DNA from: Raphidiopsis brookii D9
GTDB lineage: Bacteria; Cyanobacteriota; Cyanobacteriia; Cyanobacteriales; Nostocaceae
Direction: 5' to 3'
Assembly: GCA_000175855.1 (NCBI GenBank)
Contig: ACYB01000038.1
Coordinates: 1-32,000, forward strand
DNA length: 32,000 nucleotides
The notes below the pieces were generated by a model that saw only the letters and a list, made by a program, of their open reading frames with translations, was not told where the DNA came from and did not search any database. Of the stretch, positions 22,720 through 31,017 are shown piece by piece (within the stretch, counting starts at the first letter, position 1; the number at the start of each line of letters is the position of its first letter). A program made the position numbers and the translations under genes.

Positions 22720-24894
22720 ATGCAGTGTCTTACTTGTCTGACCGATAATCCCGATAATGCCATCAGTTGTATTGCTTGTGGTGCACCTTTAAACTCCCAG
22801 ACAGGGATATCAAATCTACATCTCACACCAGGAGCATTGATTGGCAATGGTAGATATAGAATAGAAACAGTATTGGGACAAGGTGGCTTTGGTATTACCT
22901 ATGCAGCAACCTGTCTGACAAATTCTACTCAAGTTGCTATTAAGGAATTATGGCCAGAAAAAGCTGCTAGACAAGGTAATGCTGTTTTATGGCCAACATC
23001 AATTACTCCCGCACAGCGTCTGGAACAACTGCAAAAATTTCAATTGGAAGCTAATTATTTACAAAGGTGTAAACACCCCAATATTGCCGAAACTTATGAA
23101 TATTTCCCAGAAAATAATACGGCATATATGATTATGGAACTACTGGTTGGTAAGTCCCTAGATAAAATTTTGATGACGGAAGGAATATTAGAGGAAAATC
23201 GGATCAAACGTTATTTTTTACAAATAGCATCCGCTTTACAGGTTATTCATAGTCATAATTTATTACACCGCGATGTTAAACCGGAAAATATTATCATTGT
23301 ACCACCAGATAGAGCTGTACTCATAGATTTTGGTGCAGCAAGGGAGTTTATTGCTGGTCAAACGGGAGACATGACCAGAATTCTCACTGCTGGATATGCA
23401 CCTTATGAACAATATATTCAAAAAAGTAAACATTTTCCCGCTACTGATTTATATGCTTTATGTGCATCAATGTATGAATTATTGACTGGACAATTACCAA
23501 CAGAAGCTACAGAACGAGCTAGCAAACTTTTGCAAATTCCTCCAACAGATACATTGATTTCTCCTCGACAACTTAACCCTAAGATAACTCCTTTGATGGA
23601 AAAAATTATATTGACAGGAATGGGATTTAAGGTCGACGATAGGTTTCAAACTGCCCAGGAATTAATCGCAGCTATGCAGGGTAATTTTATTTATCCCCAA
23701 CACCAAAAAGCCAAGGAGTTAGTCAAACAAGGTAATTTAATTGCTGCGGTGGAAGCATATCAAAAATACTTGGAACTCCCAGGTAGCATTCCACAAGCAT
23801 TTGTAGAATTAGCTTTAGTACAAATACATTTAGATCAAGTCCAGGCTAAGATGGCAGCTACAAATGCTATTAAATTCCAACCAAATGATGGTCGAGGATA
23901 TGGAGTTTTGGGGTTGATTAATTGCCGTGAAAACCATTGGCAAGATGCTGTAAGTAATTTACAAAAAGGGTCTAATTTATCTCCTGATCAAGGTTGGATA
24001 CAAATAAATTTAGCTTGGGCATTAGCGAAATTAGGAAATTTAACTGCTGCTCAAACAACTATAGATAAAGTCTTGGCGGATAAAGTTTTAGAAGTAGAAT
24101 CAGATGCTATCTTCGCCCTAACTTTGAAAGCATGGATATGTCTCCAGCAGCAAGAATGGAAATCTGTTATTCGTGCAGCTAGTCAAGCTTTATTTAAATT
24201 ACAAAATCTATCAGCCAATCTAACACCTAGCTTAAGTAAGGATGAACAACAATTACAGTCAAATCTGTATATCTATTTAATTACAGCTTTGGATAAATCA
24301 GTGGTCACTAAAAAAGCTAACGATGTTAGTCTTAGAACACAGGAGTTTATAGATAAATCACCTAATAATGCAATAGCATGGGGTCTAAAGGGCTGGAAAC
24401 AAGCAAATGAACTTTTATGGAAAGACGCAGTGATTAGTTTTGAAGCTGCTATTCAGCAACCATCAGTTCCCGGTTGGGTGTTGGTAAATTGTGCAGTAGC
24501 TCAAGAAAATCTAAAAAACTATCAAGCAGCTATTGAAGTTTATAATAAATACATAAACTATGTTCACAATGAAACCCTACCCCAGGGAGACAGAAATTCA
24601 TTATTAGCATTTGCCCATTTTCGGATAGGTACTTTATATGGGCAATTGGCACTATGGAATGAAGCTAAATTGTTTTTAGACAAAGCAATTCAGTATGTTA
24701 ATAGTTATGCACAGGCATATCATAATTTGGGTTGGGTACTACTGAATACCAAAAACCAATATGGAGATGTGGAAAATAGCCGAGAAATGTTTTCCGCATA
24801 TACTCAAGCAATAAAACTATACAACAAGTCCCAACAACAGGAATTGGCATCAGACATAAAACAGGCATTTCAATTAATAGGTCTAAGTGTTTAA
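22720..24894 (+). CDS. Zinc-ribbon + Hanks-type Ser/Thr protein kinase + TPR repeat protein
   Basis: 724 aa with N-terminal CxxC-x10-CxxC (QCLTCL...SCIACG). The kinase motifs are GQGGFG, VAIKEL, HRDVKPENIII, DFGAAREF and GYAPYEQ. The C-terminal ~390 aa are TPR-like helical repeats. Confidence 0.9.
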   Translation: MQCLTCLTDNPDNAISCIACGAPLNSQTGISNLHLTPGALIGNGRYRIETVLGQGGFGITYAATCLTNSTQVAIKELWPEKAARQGNAVLWPTSITPAQRLEQLQKFQLEANYLQRCKHPNIAETYEYFPENNTAYMIMELLVGKSLDKILMTEGILEENRIKRYFLQIASALQVIHSHNLLHRDVKPENIIIVPPDRAVLIDFGAAREFIAGQTGDMTRILTAGYAPYEQYIQKSKHFPATDLYALCASMYELLTGQLPTEATERASKLLQIPPTDTLISPRQLNPKITPLMEKIILTGMGFKVDDRFQTAQELIAAMQGNFIYPQHQKAKELVKQGNLIAAVEAYQKYLELPGSIPQAFVELALVQIHLDQVQAKMAATNAIKFQPNDGRGYGVLGLINCRENHWQDAVSNLQKGSNLSPDQGWIQINLAWALAKLGNLTAAQTTIDKVLADKVLEVESDAIFALTLKAWICLQQQEWKSVIRAASQALFKLQNLSANLTPSLSKDEQQLQSNLYIYLITALDKSVVTKKANDVSLRTQEFIDKSPNNAIAWGLKGWKQANELLWKDAVISFEAAIQQPSVPGWVLVNCAVAQENLKNYQAAIEVYNKYINYVHNETLPQGDRNSLLAFAHFRIGTLYGQLALWNEAKLFLDKAIQYVNSYAQAYHNLGWVLLNTKNQYGDVENSREMFSAYTQAIKLYNKSQQQELASDIKQAFQLIGLSV

Positions 24895-24971
24895 GTTTAG
24901 AGGTTATTAAGGCTTTTTAAAAACCACTTTTAACCCGGTTTTAACCTAGTATGGCATAGAATCCAGTAATA

Positions 24972-26120
24972 TTAAGGAGTTGAACCAAGAATCATATTCT
25001 GGACTGCAGAAGCTGTAGCAGGTGCAAGTAAGACTCCATTACGGTAATGACCCGTTGCTAAAATTATATTAGTATAACTGGCTAATTTTTCAATTATTGG
25101 TGCTGGTCTACCTTCTGGACGAGGACGTAATCCAGACCAGCTGCGAAGAATCTTGGCCGAAGCTAATTCAGGACAAAAAGCGATCGCCTGTTGTTTAACT
25201 AGTTCCAGTAACTCCTTACTAGGTAGAACATCATCTTCTCCGTTAGGGAATTCTACTGTAGCTCCCACCCAATAATCTCCATTACCCATAGGTACTAGAT
25301 GTACATCATTACCGGTAATGACCGGTTGAAAATCAGGATTGCCTAAACTCCTTCCTAAACTCAAATATAATGCTTGTCCTAAAACTGGACGAATAGTCAC
25401 CTGATGATTTAATTGTCTAGTCAGTGCAGTAGTACCCAAACCAGCAGTAATGATAAACCAATCTGCTGTGACTACACCTTCTGTAGTATCAATAGATTTT
25501 AGTTGTTCCTGAACATGGGGTGTAATCTGGACGATTTGACTAGATGGTGCTTGGTGATTGCGAACTGCTACTCCAAATTTGAATTGCACCCCATTACGTT
25601 GTGCTGCATCCACCAATGCTAGGGTTAACGCTGTGGGATTTAACTGTAAATCCTGAGGGGAATAAACAGCACCAATTACCATAGGATTATTTACCTGGGG
25701 GCAAAAATTCCCTAGTTTCTCCCTATCCCACACCTTTAACTCCCATCCTTGGGATTTGCGCACCTGTCGTAATTCCTCCCAGTCACTCATTGCTTCCACT
25801 CCACTTTTTAGGGGGTGAGTGGGATCCTCTGATAGTAACATCACAATACCCTGACGGTTGCAGGGAATTTTTCGCCCTGTTATCTCCTCCAGCTCTGGAA
25901 TTAGGGTTTGATAGCGTTTAATACTCTCCTGGCGAATTTGCCAGGCCTTACCCTTAGTTTTATGGCTAATTACCCCCATTAAAACACCCAAAGCAGCTGC
26001 TGTAGAACCTTGTGCTGGTTGGTTTTTTTCAAAAACAGTGATATTTAAACCTTTGATTTGACTTAGTTGATATGCGATCGCTGCTCCAACTACACCACAA
26101 CCAATAATTACTACATTCAT
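24972..26120 (-). CDS. FAD-dependent oxidoreductase, DAO family (glycine oxidase/ThiO-like)
   Basis: 382 aa with dinucleotide-binding N-terminus MNVVIIGCGVVGAAIAYQL...VFEK. The C-terminus is WSGLRPRPEGRPAPII...ILATGHYRNGVLLAP, typical of the DAO/ThiO family. Confidence 0.75.
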   Translation of the reverse strand: MNVVIIGCGVVGAAIAYQLSQIKGLNITVFEKNQPAQGSTAAALGVLMGVISHKTKGKAWQIRQESIKRYQTLIPELEEITGRKIPCNRQGIVMLLSEDPTHPLKSGVEAMSDWEELRQVRKSQGWELKVWDREKLGNFCPQVNNPMVIGAVYSPQDLQLNPTALTLALVDAAQRNGVQFKFGVAVRNHQAPSSQIVQITPHVQEQLKSIDTTEGVVTADWFIITAGLGTTALTRQLNHQVTIRPVLGQALYLSLGRSLGNPDFQPVITGNDVHLVPMGNGDYWVGATVEFPNGEDDVLPSKELLELVKQQAIAFCPELASAKILRSWSGLRPRPEGRPAPIIEKLASYTNIILATGHYRNGVLLAPATASAVQNMILGSTP

Positions 26121-26217
26121 AAGCTTTGTAAATAGTGAGGGATGAAGAGTTTACCCCTTCACCCTATCACCTGATTAAACTAGGGTTTTGTGACTCAAGA
26201 CTCAGATTGTAATGGAG

Positions 26218-26676
26218 TTATTCCTCAGTTGGTGCTGGGGGAATCAGTTGTAAGAACTGGTTAAAGTCTGCCACAACGTCTTTATAGCTGCTCAATGCCA
26301 GCTTAGTATTACCAGCATTAGCAGCTTGATCAACTCTGACTAAGTGATTCAATAGGTCCTTAGTAATTTTTCTTCCTTGAGCTTGGTCTTGGGGTAATAG
26401 ACTGGGGATAACATAGGTCATAGTGAGTCTAGCTTCTGTTACCGGACCATGAATAAAATTACCCACTTTAATCCACTCACTACTGGTAATCAAACTTTTT
26501 AATTCTTCAAATCGGTTTTGTACTGCCTGAATATCAGGTACATATTGTCTCACTTTTACCAATTGTTCTGGTGTGTAGGTGGGAGGTGCAGTTGTAACAG
26601 TAGGACTGCTGCAACTGATCAAAAACGTGGTCAATAGTACAAGAATCAGTGATAGAATAGAGCGTTGACGCACCAT
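26218..26676 (-). CDS. psbQ: Photosystem II extrinsic lipoprotein CyanoQ (PsbQ-like)
   Basis: 152 aa with signal peptide and lipobox SLILVLLTTFLISCSSP. The sequence parallels Synechocystis sll1638 as I recall it (SLILVLVTTVLVSCSSP..., W...YIHGP..., LLP.DQ, L..L..A..., ADF..FL.L.P). Confidence 0.85.
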   Translation of the reverse strand: MVRQRSILSLILVLLTTFLISCSSPTVTTAPPTYTPEQLVKVRQYVPDIQAVQNRFEELKSLITSSEWIKVGNFIHGPVTEARLTMTYVIPSLLPQDQAQGRKITKDLLNHLVRVDQAANAGNTKLALSSYKDVVADFNQFLQLIPPAPTEE

Positions 26677-26839
26677 AAAGAAAATTAATTTAGTGTTTGT
26701 TAAGCAATTGACAGATTTATTTTAGATCGGTACTGTAATTTCTCATTCTACAGTGAGAAAGTTTTTGGAGGAATTTTGCTGAATTTTTTTACTGAATCTC
26801 TAGCAAACCTGTCGAATGTAATATTAGGAGAGTCTTGAC

Positions 26840-27259
26840 GTGAACGCATCGGAACAAGCAACCAATTTTGAACTAGCTAGTAAGATTGCTACTGTAGTCA
26901 ACTTGTTTAAATTACAATTTCCTGATGCCAAAAGCGATCTAAAACCTTGGCAAAATGACCGTGAGACCAGACAACTAGTGGATCCTGATTCTATTGATAT
27001 AGGTTTTCACTTTCCCGGAATCAGCAGGTCTTGGCGCAGTCGTAGTGTGTTAATCCAAATTCGCTTTCATCAAGATCCCATTAATAAACAATCTAAAGCT
27101 ATAGGTGTTGAAGTGTCAGGATTTGACCACCGAGGTCAAGTATGGCGACTTTCTACCATAGAACAGTGGAGTTTTGTAGGTGAGTCTACACCCTCTGCTG
27201 TAGTTGGAGAAAAACTCAAACACATTTGTAAAGAAATCTTGGAAATATTCAATATTTGA
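26840..27259 (+). CDS. Hypothetical protein (139 aa, GTG start)
   Basis: Clean ORF divergent from psbQ. I recognise no motif. Confidence 0.45.
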   Translation: MNASEQATNFELASKIATVVNLFKLQFPDAKSDLKPWQNDRETRQLVDPDSIDIGFHFPGISRSWRSRSVLIQIRFHQDPINKQSKAIGVEVSGFDHRGQVWRLSTIEQWSFVGESTPSAVVGEKLKHICKEILEIFNI

Positions 27260-27346
27260 CTTCATTGAACTTATCCCTAGGTTAATACATAAAAACGATG
27301 GCTGGGCATTTAAGCTCACTTCTGCCTGTATATTCAAGTATTACCA

Positions 27347-28339
27347 TTACCAAGAAGATATGAAATTCCAATCTTCTGAACCTGTCTGATTGTTTTGTTG
27401 ATTTTGTGGGTGTTTGATCTGATCTCTATCTTCTGTATTTTGCATACTATCTAAATCTTCCACTTCTTCTGTTTTTGGTACATAATCTGAGGAGGTAAAA
27501 TTCCCCTGAATTAGACTATCGTATGCGCCAGAATCATACCATTTTAATAATTCTCCTGTTCGCATAATGATCCAAGAAAGTTTTGGTTCAGCATAGCTTA
27601 GTATTTTAGTAATTTTATCTAAAGTATCCAAATTATTAGATGCGAACTCACGTGACTGGATGATAAAATCATTCATGACATCATCATTTAAATATTCTTG
27701 GGGTAAACCTGCAATTTTCATCAAAGTATTGGTAGCCACATTAATATTTTGACAAGCTAATAGCCCTGCGCGATCAGCTGTTAATTTAGACATCATTAGC
27801 CAATTATATAAACTCAATTCAACTCCGCTAGCAACCAAACCGCCAATACCTAAGGTAGTGCTGATCAATAAATTTTTAATATTTGGCATCACAATTGCCA
27901 TTTGATGGTAGACCACATTTTGGCTTTTAATACGAGCTATCTCACTTCCAATTAAATACAGTAGCTCCTGAGGATTAAGCCATTCCATAGCTTCTAAGTT
28001 TAGGCCAATTAGGGGTTTTTCTACGCCAATAATATAGCTTTGAATATAACCTGTTCCTCTAAATAAATATAATTCTGGCAAAGGAGAAACATCTAAAACT
28101 TCACAAGCTGTTACTAATGCCTGATACAACTTAGGAAAATTCCTATTTGTCACTCTAATTTCACTACCTAGCGTCTGTAATCTTAGTAATCTATCAATAC
28201 TATATTCGTTAATTTTTTTGAGTATTGTTGATATACCTGGCATTTTTCTCAAAGATGCTAAAGCCTGTTTATCAAAAGGATGCTCGTATGTTTGAGAATT
28301 GAGTCCAGAGAAGACTTTTAAATCCGTTTGGCCAGTCAT
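27347..28339 (-). CDS. M48 (Ste24/HtpX-like) peptidase homologue with a degenerate zinc-binding motif
   Basis: 330 aa whose N-terminal half has the M48-like layout (YEHPFDKQAL...LYLF...IIGVEKPLIGLNLEAMEWLNPQELLYLIG-SEIAR-IKSQNVVYHQMA). Where HExxH is expected the sequence reads SEIAR (27932-27946). The C-terminal tail is acidic and Gln-rich. Confidence 0.6.
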   Translation of the reverse strand: MTGQTDLKVFSGLNSQTYEHPFDKQALASLRKMPGISTILKKINEYSIDRLLRLQTLGSEIRVTNRNFPKLYQALVTACEVLDVSPLPELYLFRGTGYIQSYIIGVEKPLIGLNLEAMEWLNPQELLYLIGSEIARIKSQNVVYHQMAIVMPNIKNLLISTTLGIGGLVASGVELSLYNWLMMSKLTADRAGLLACQNINVATNTLMKIAGLPQEYLNDDVMNDFIIQSREFASNNLDTLDKITKILSYAEPKLSWIIMRTGELLKWYDSGAYDSLIQGNFTSSDYVPKTEEVEDLDSMQNTEDRDQIKHPQNQQNNQTGSEDWNFISSW

Positions 28340-28378
28340 TTATTTTCCTATATTGATTGTTTAATGATTGTTAAATAT

Positions 28379-29056
28379 TCATTCACAAAAGCCATAAATT
28401 GCTGTTGATTGATGGGATAACCAGGCCCACATTTGGTCTCCAAAAGAAAAGTGCCACCATTCCCGTGGATGACGTTGAAAACCTGCTTGACACATAATGT
28501 TATTTAGCATTTCTCGACTTTGGTGATATTGGCTATGTTTATTCAGATAATAATCAGGATGGGATCGCTCAGAAATTTCGTCAATTGGCGAACCCATATT
28601 AATAATTTCTCCCTGTTCATTAACTAGGGTAATATCCACTGCTGCACCAGTGCTATGGGGAGGAGGAGTGTGAGGATTGGAACTGGGTGGAGCCCAAATT
28701 TCATATACCTGTTGCCAAATTTTTTCCCGCTGGTCATCGGATAAATTTTGTTCCAGTATTCCCCTTGCTTTTGCTAGTTGAATAAAACTATAATCAACCA
28801 TAAATTGCTGCACTCCTACTGGACGGTAAGCATCAAATATTTGAATGTGCCATCCAGGAGACAATAGGTTTAAATAATTCTGGGCATGAATAAGATTTTT
28901 GACCACTGTTTTCCGAAGAAAATAGGGCGAATATTGTCCGTAGCGTGCGCCTAGTTTGAGGTAAGGGTGGGGTTTTTCCACCGCAAAAAGCTCTAGGGGA
29001 ATTTCTACTAATGGTTCCCCGGATTCGATAATGGGAATTTGATGATATGGACGCAT
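28379..29056 (-). CDS. ddpX: D-alanyl-D-alanine dipeptidase (M15D, VanX/DdpX-like)
   Basis: 225 aa with AYRP, the Zn-ligand motif PHSTGAAVDITL and the catalytic REWWHFSFGD region. Confidence 0.8.
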   Translation of the reverse strand: MRPYHQIPIIESGEPLVEIPLELFAVEKPHPYLKLGARYGQYSPYFLRKTVVKNLIHAQNYLNLLSPGWHIQIFDAYRPVGVQQFMVDYSFIQLAKARGILEQNLSDDQREKIWQQVYEIWAPPSSNPHTPPPHSTGAAVDITLVNEQGEIINMGSPIDEISERSHPDYYLNKHSQYHQSREMLNNIMCQAGFQRHPREWWHFSFGDQMWAWLSHQSTAIYGFCE

Positions 29057-29083
29057 AATCTGGCAATATGGGAGATAGAAAAG

Positions 29084-29314
29084 CTAAGGTGATTTCTCGG
29101 TTTTTTCCGGTACGGGATCATAACCACCAGGATGGAAGGGATGACAACGTAAAATTCGACCTAGGGCCATCCAACTTCCACGAAACACTCCAAACCTTTC
29201 TATAGCTTCTATAGCATACATGGAACAGGTGGGTTGAAACCGACAACTGGGGGGAAATAGAGGAGAAATAAATAACCGATAACCTTGAATAGGCCAAATG
29301 AATAATTTTTTCAC
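29084..29314 (-). CDS. yidD: Membrane protein insertion efficiency factor YidD
   Basis: 76 aa: [31 protein letters not shown]...[17 protein letters not shown], which is the full YidD signature. Confidence 0.92.
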   Translation of the reverse strand: MKKLFIWPIQGYRLFISPLFPPSCRFQPTCSMYAIEAIERFGVFRGSWMALGRILRCHPFHPGGYDPVPEKTEKSP

Positions 29315-29333
29315 ACAACTCCTTGAGGATTTT

Positions 29334-29870
29334 CTAAGGTTGTAACCGACGAATTTCCGTAATTTGGTCAGCTAAATCAAGAAAAGATTTTGGCATTTGA
29401 GGACCAGTCAAAATCATATCCAAATGGGTGGGACGGTCAATCAAAAACTGCAACACCTCCTTTTCGGGAATTAAACCAAAATCAACTGCTAAACTTAACT
29501 CATCTAAAACTACTAAAGAATATTTACCTTCGTATACTACCTTTTGTGTATATTCCCACAGGGAATGCAAAGACCCAATTTCCTTCTCATTTAAATTTGG
29601 TGTGTCCGGAGACCTGGCTAGGTCACAGCGAATCCAGTCTAGCTTGTTTCCAATTTGTATGGGATTATTTATACCTTGGTTAATACCCCCTTTAAGAAAC
29701 TGAATAATTAATACAGGTGTTCCATGACTGGCAATTCTTAGGGACTGGGAAATAACGTTAGTGAAAAAGTACCGTTCTGAGCTAGTAAACACCTGTAGTG
29801 ATCCCGTGACTGAATTTGGTAAACTAGGTGCGGGATTAATACTTGGACTGTCAATTTGGGTAAAAATCAT
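29334..29870 (-). CDS. CobA/CobO/BtuR-like (corrinoid adenosyltransferase fold) protein lacking the Walker A motif
   Basis: 178 aa. It aligns to CobA over [42 protein letters not shown]. At the P-loop position (FTGNGKGKTT in Salmonella CobA) it reads [10 protein letters not shown] (29760-29783). Confidence 0.65.
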   Translation of the reverse strand: MIFTQIDSPSINPAPSLPNSVTGSLQVFTSSERYFFTNVISQSLRIASHGTPVLIIQFLKGGINQGINNPIQIGNKLDWIRCDLARSPDTPNLNEKEIGSLHSLWEYTQKVVYEGKYSLVVLDELSLAVDFGLIPEKEVLQFLIDRPTHLDMILTGPQMPKSFLDLADQITEIRRLQP

Positions 29871-30055
29871 TTTGCTCCCGGTTCGGTGTTAGCACAATGT
29901 GGTGAGACTCAGGTTCTTTGTACAGTTAGTATAACTGAGGGAGTGCCAAAATTTTGAATGGTGGGCGAGGAATTTATCTTCGTGCATTGAGCGATCGCCT
30001 TTATCTGGACAAATAACTGGTGTTTCCGTACTAAAGTAATAGAAAACTTAAACAG

Positions 30056-30835
30056 GTGATCACCTTGCACTCAACGAGAAACATACAACAATGGTGGATT
30101 TTTCGCTGTTTGTCCACAGCATTGCTATTTGGTCAGATTTCCCTGCATATAATTCAAGGAAAAACCTATTATCGGAAAATTCTTGACCATGCACTAAAAG
30201 TAGGACCGGGTTCCCTCTCCCCGGTTTTGTTAGTAAGTGGTTTTGCGGGAATGATTTTCACGATTCAAACAGCTAGAGAACTAGTCAGATTTGGTGCAGT
30301 CGATAATCTTGGAGGCGCCTTTGCAGTAGCATTCTGTCGAGAACTGGCTCCACTTTTAACCGCTAGTGTTATTGCTGGACAAGCAGGATCAGCATTTGCA
30401 GCAGAAATAGGAGCTATGCAGGTAACTGAACAAATTGATGCGCTCTACTTACTCAAAACCGATCCAATTGATTATTTAGTCTTACCCAGAGTGATTGCTT
30501 GCGGTTTGATGATGCCAGTAATGATGATTTTTGCACTAATTATTGGTGTCAGTGGTGGAATCTTTGCTGGGTTGGAATTTTATCAGATTCAACCGGAAAA
30601 CTTTTTAGAATCAGTGCGAGATTTTTTAACTCCGGGAGACATGATGATGATAATCATCAAAGGTGTGATTTTTGGAATAATAGTTGCTGTGAATGGATGT
30701 AGTTGGGGACTAACCACTAGGGGAGGTGCTAAGGAGGTTGGCGAATCCGCAACTACAGCGGTAGTAACCACTTGGGTAGTGCTTTTTATTACAGATTTTT
30801 TATTGGCTCTACCAGGGATTACAGTGGGTATTTAG
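30056..30835 (+). CDS. mlaE: MlaE/TGD1-like ABC transporter permease
   Basis: 259 aa (GTG start) with VGPGSLSPVLLVSGFAGMIFTIQTA, RELAPLLTASVIAGQAGSAFAAEIGAMQVTEQIDAL and DPIDYLVLPRVIA, all hallmark MlaE-family motifs. Confidence 0.88.
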   Translation: MITLHSTRNIQQWWIFRCLSTALLFGQISLHIIQGKTYYRKILDHALKVGPGSLSPVLLVSGFAGMIFTIQTARELVRFGAVDNLGGAFAVAFCRELAPLLTASVIAGQAGSAFAAEIGAMQVTEQIDALYLLKTDPIDYLVLPRVIACGLMMPVMMIFALIIGVSGGIFAGLEFYQIQPENFLESVRDFLTPGDMMMIIIKGVIFGIIVAVNGCSWGLTTRGGAKEVGESATTAVVTTWVVLFITDFLLALPGITVGI

Positions 30836-31017
30836 ATTAGATATAGTTAATAGTCCCTTTAACATAAGTTGTCCTGTATTTAAACAGCTTATTCACCAAA
30901 AATTCTCCGGTCACTTGGATCAATTTGGCTTTTTGTTTTATTATAACCTTACCATTAACTTCAGTGCATTTACTGTAGAAATAGCCGCTCAAACCAAGGT
31001 AACTTGATACACTAAAA

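Noticed and set aside
26121-26217. Imperfect hairpin (gggtgaag ... cttcatccc on the minus strand) between psbQ and the FAD oxidoreductase gene as a terminator
   Set aside because: The stem has a bulge and is not followed by a T-run, so I cannot tell a terminator from chance complementarity.
26700-26790. NtcA-like site (TGTA-N-TACA) in the psbQ divergent region
   Set aside because: The spacing in tgtaatttctcattctaca is 11 nt, not the 8 nt required (GTA-N8-TAC). A similar near-miss at about 29920-29936 ends in ATA rather than TAC.
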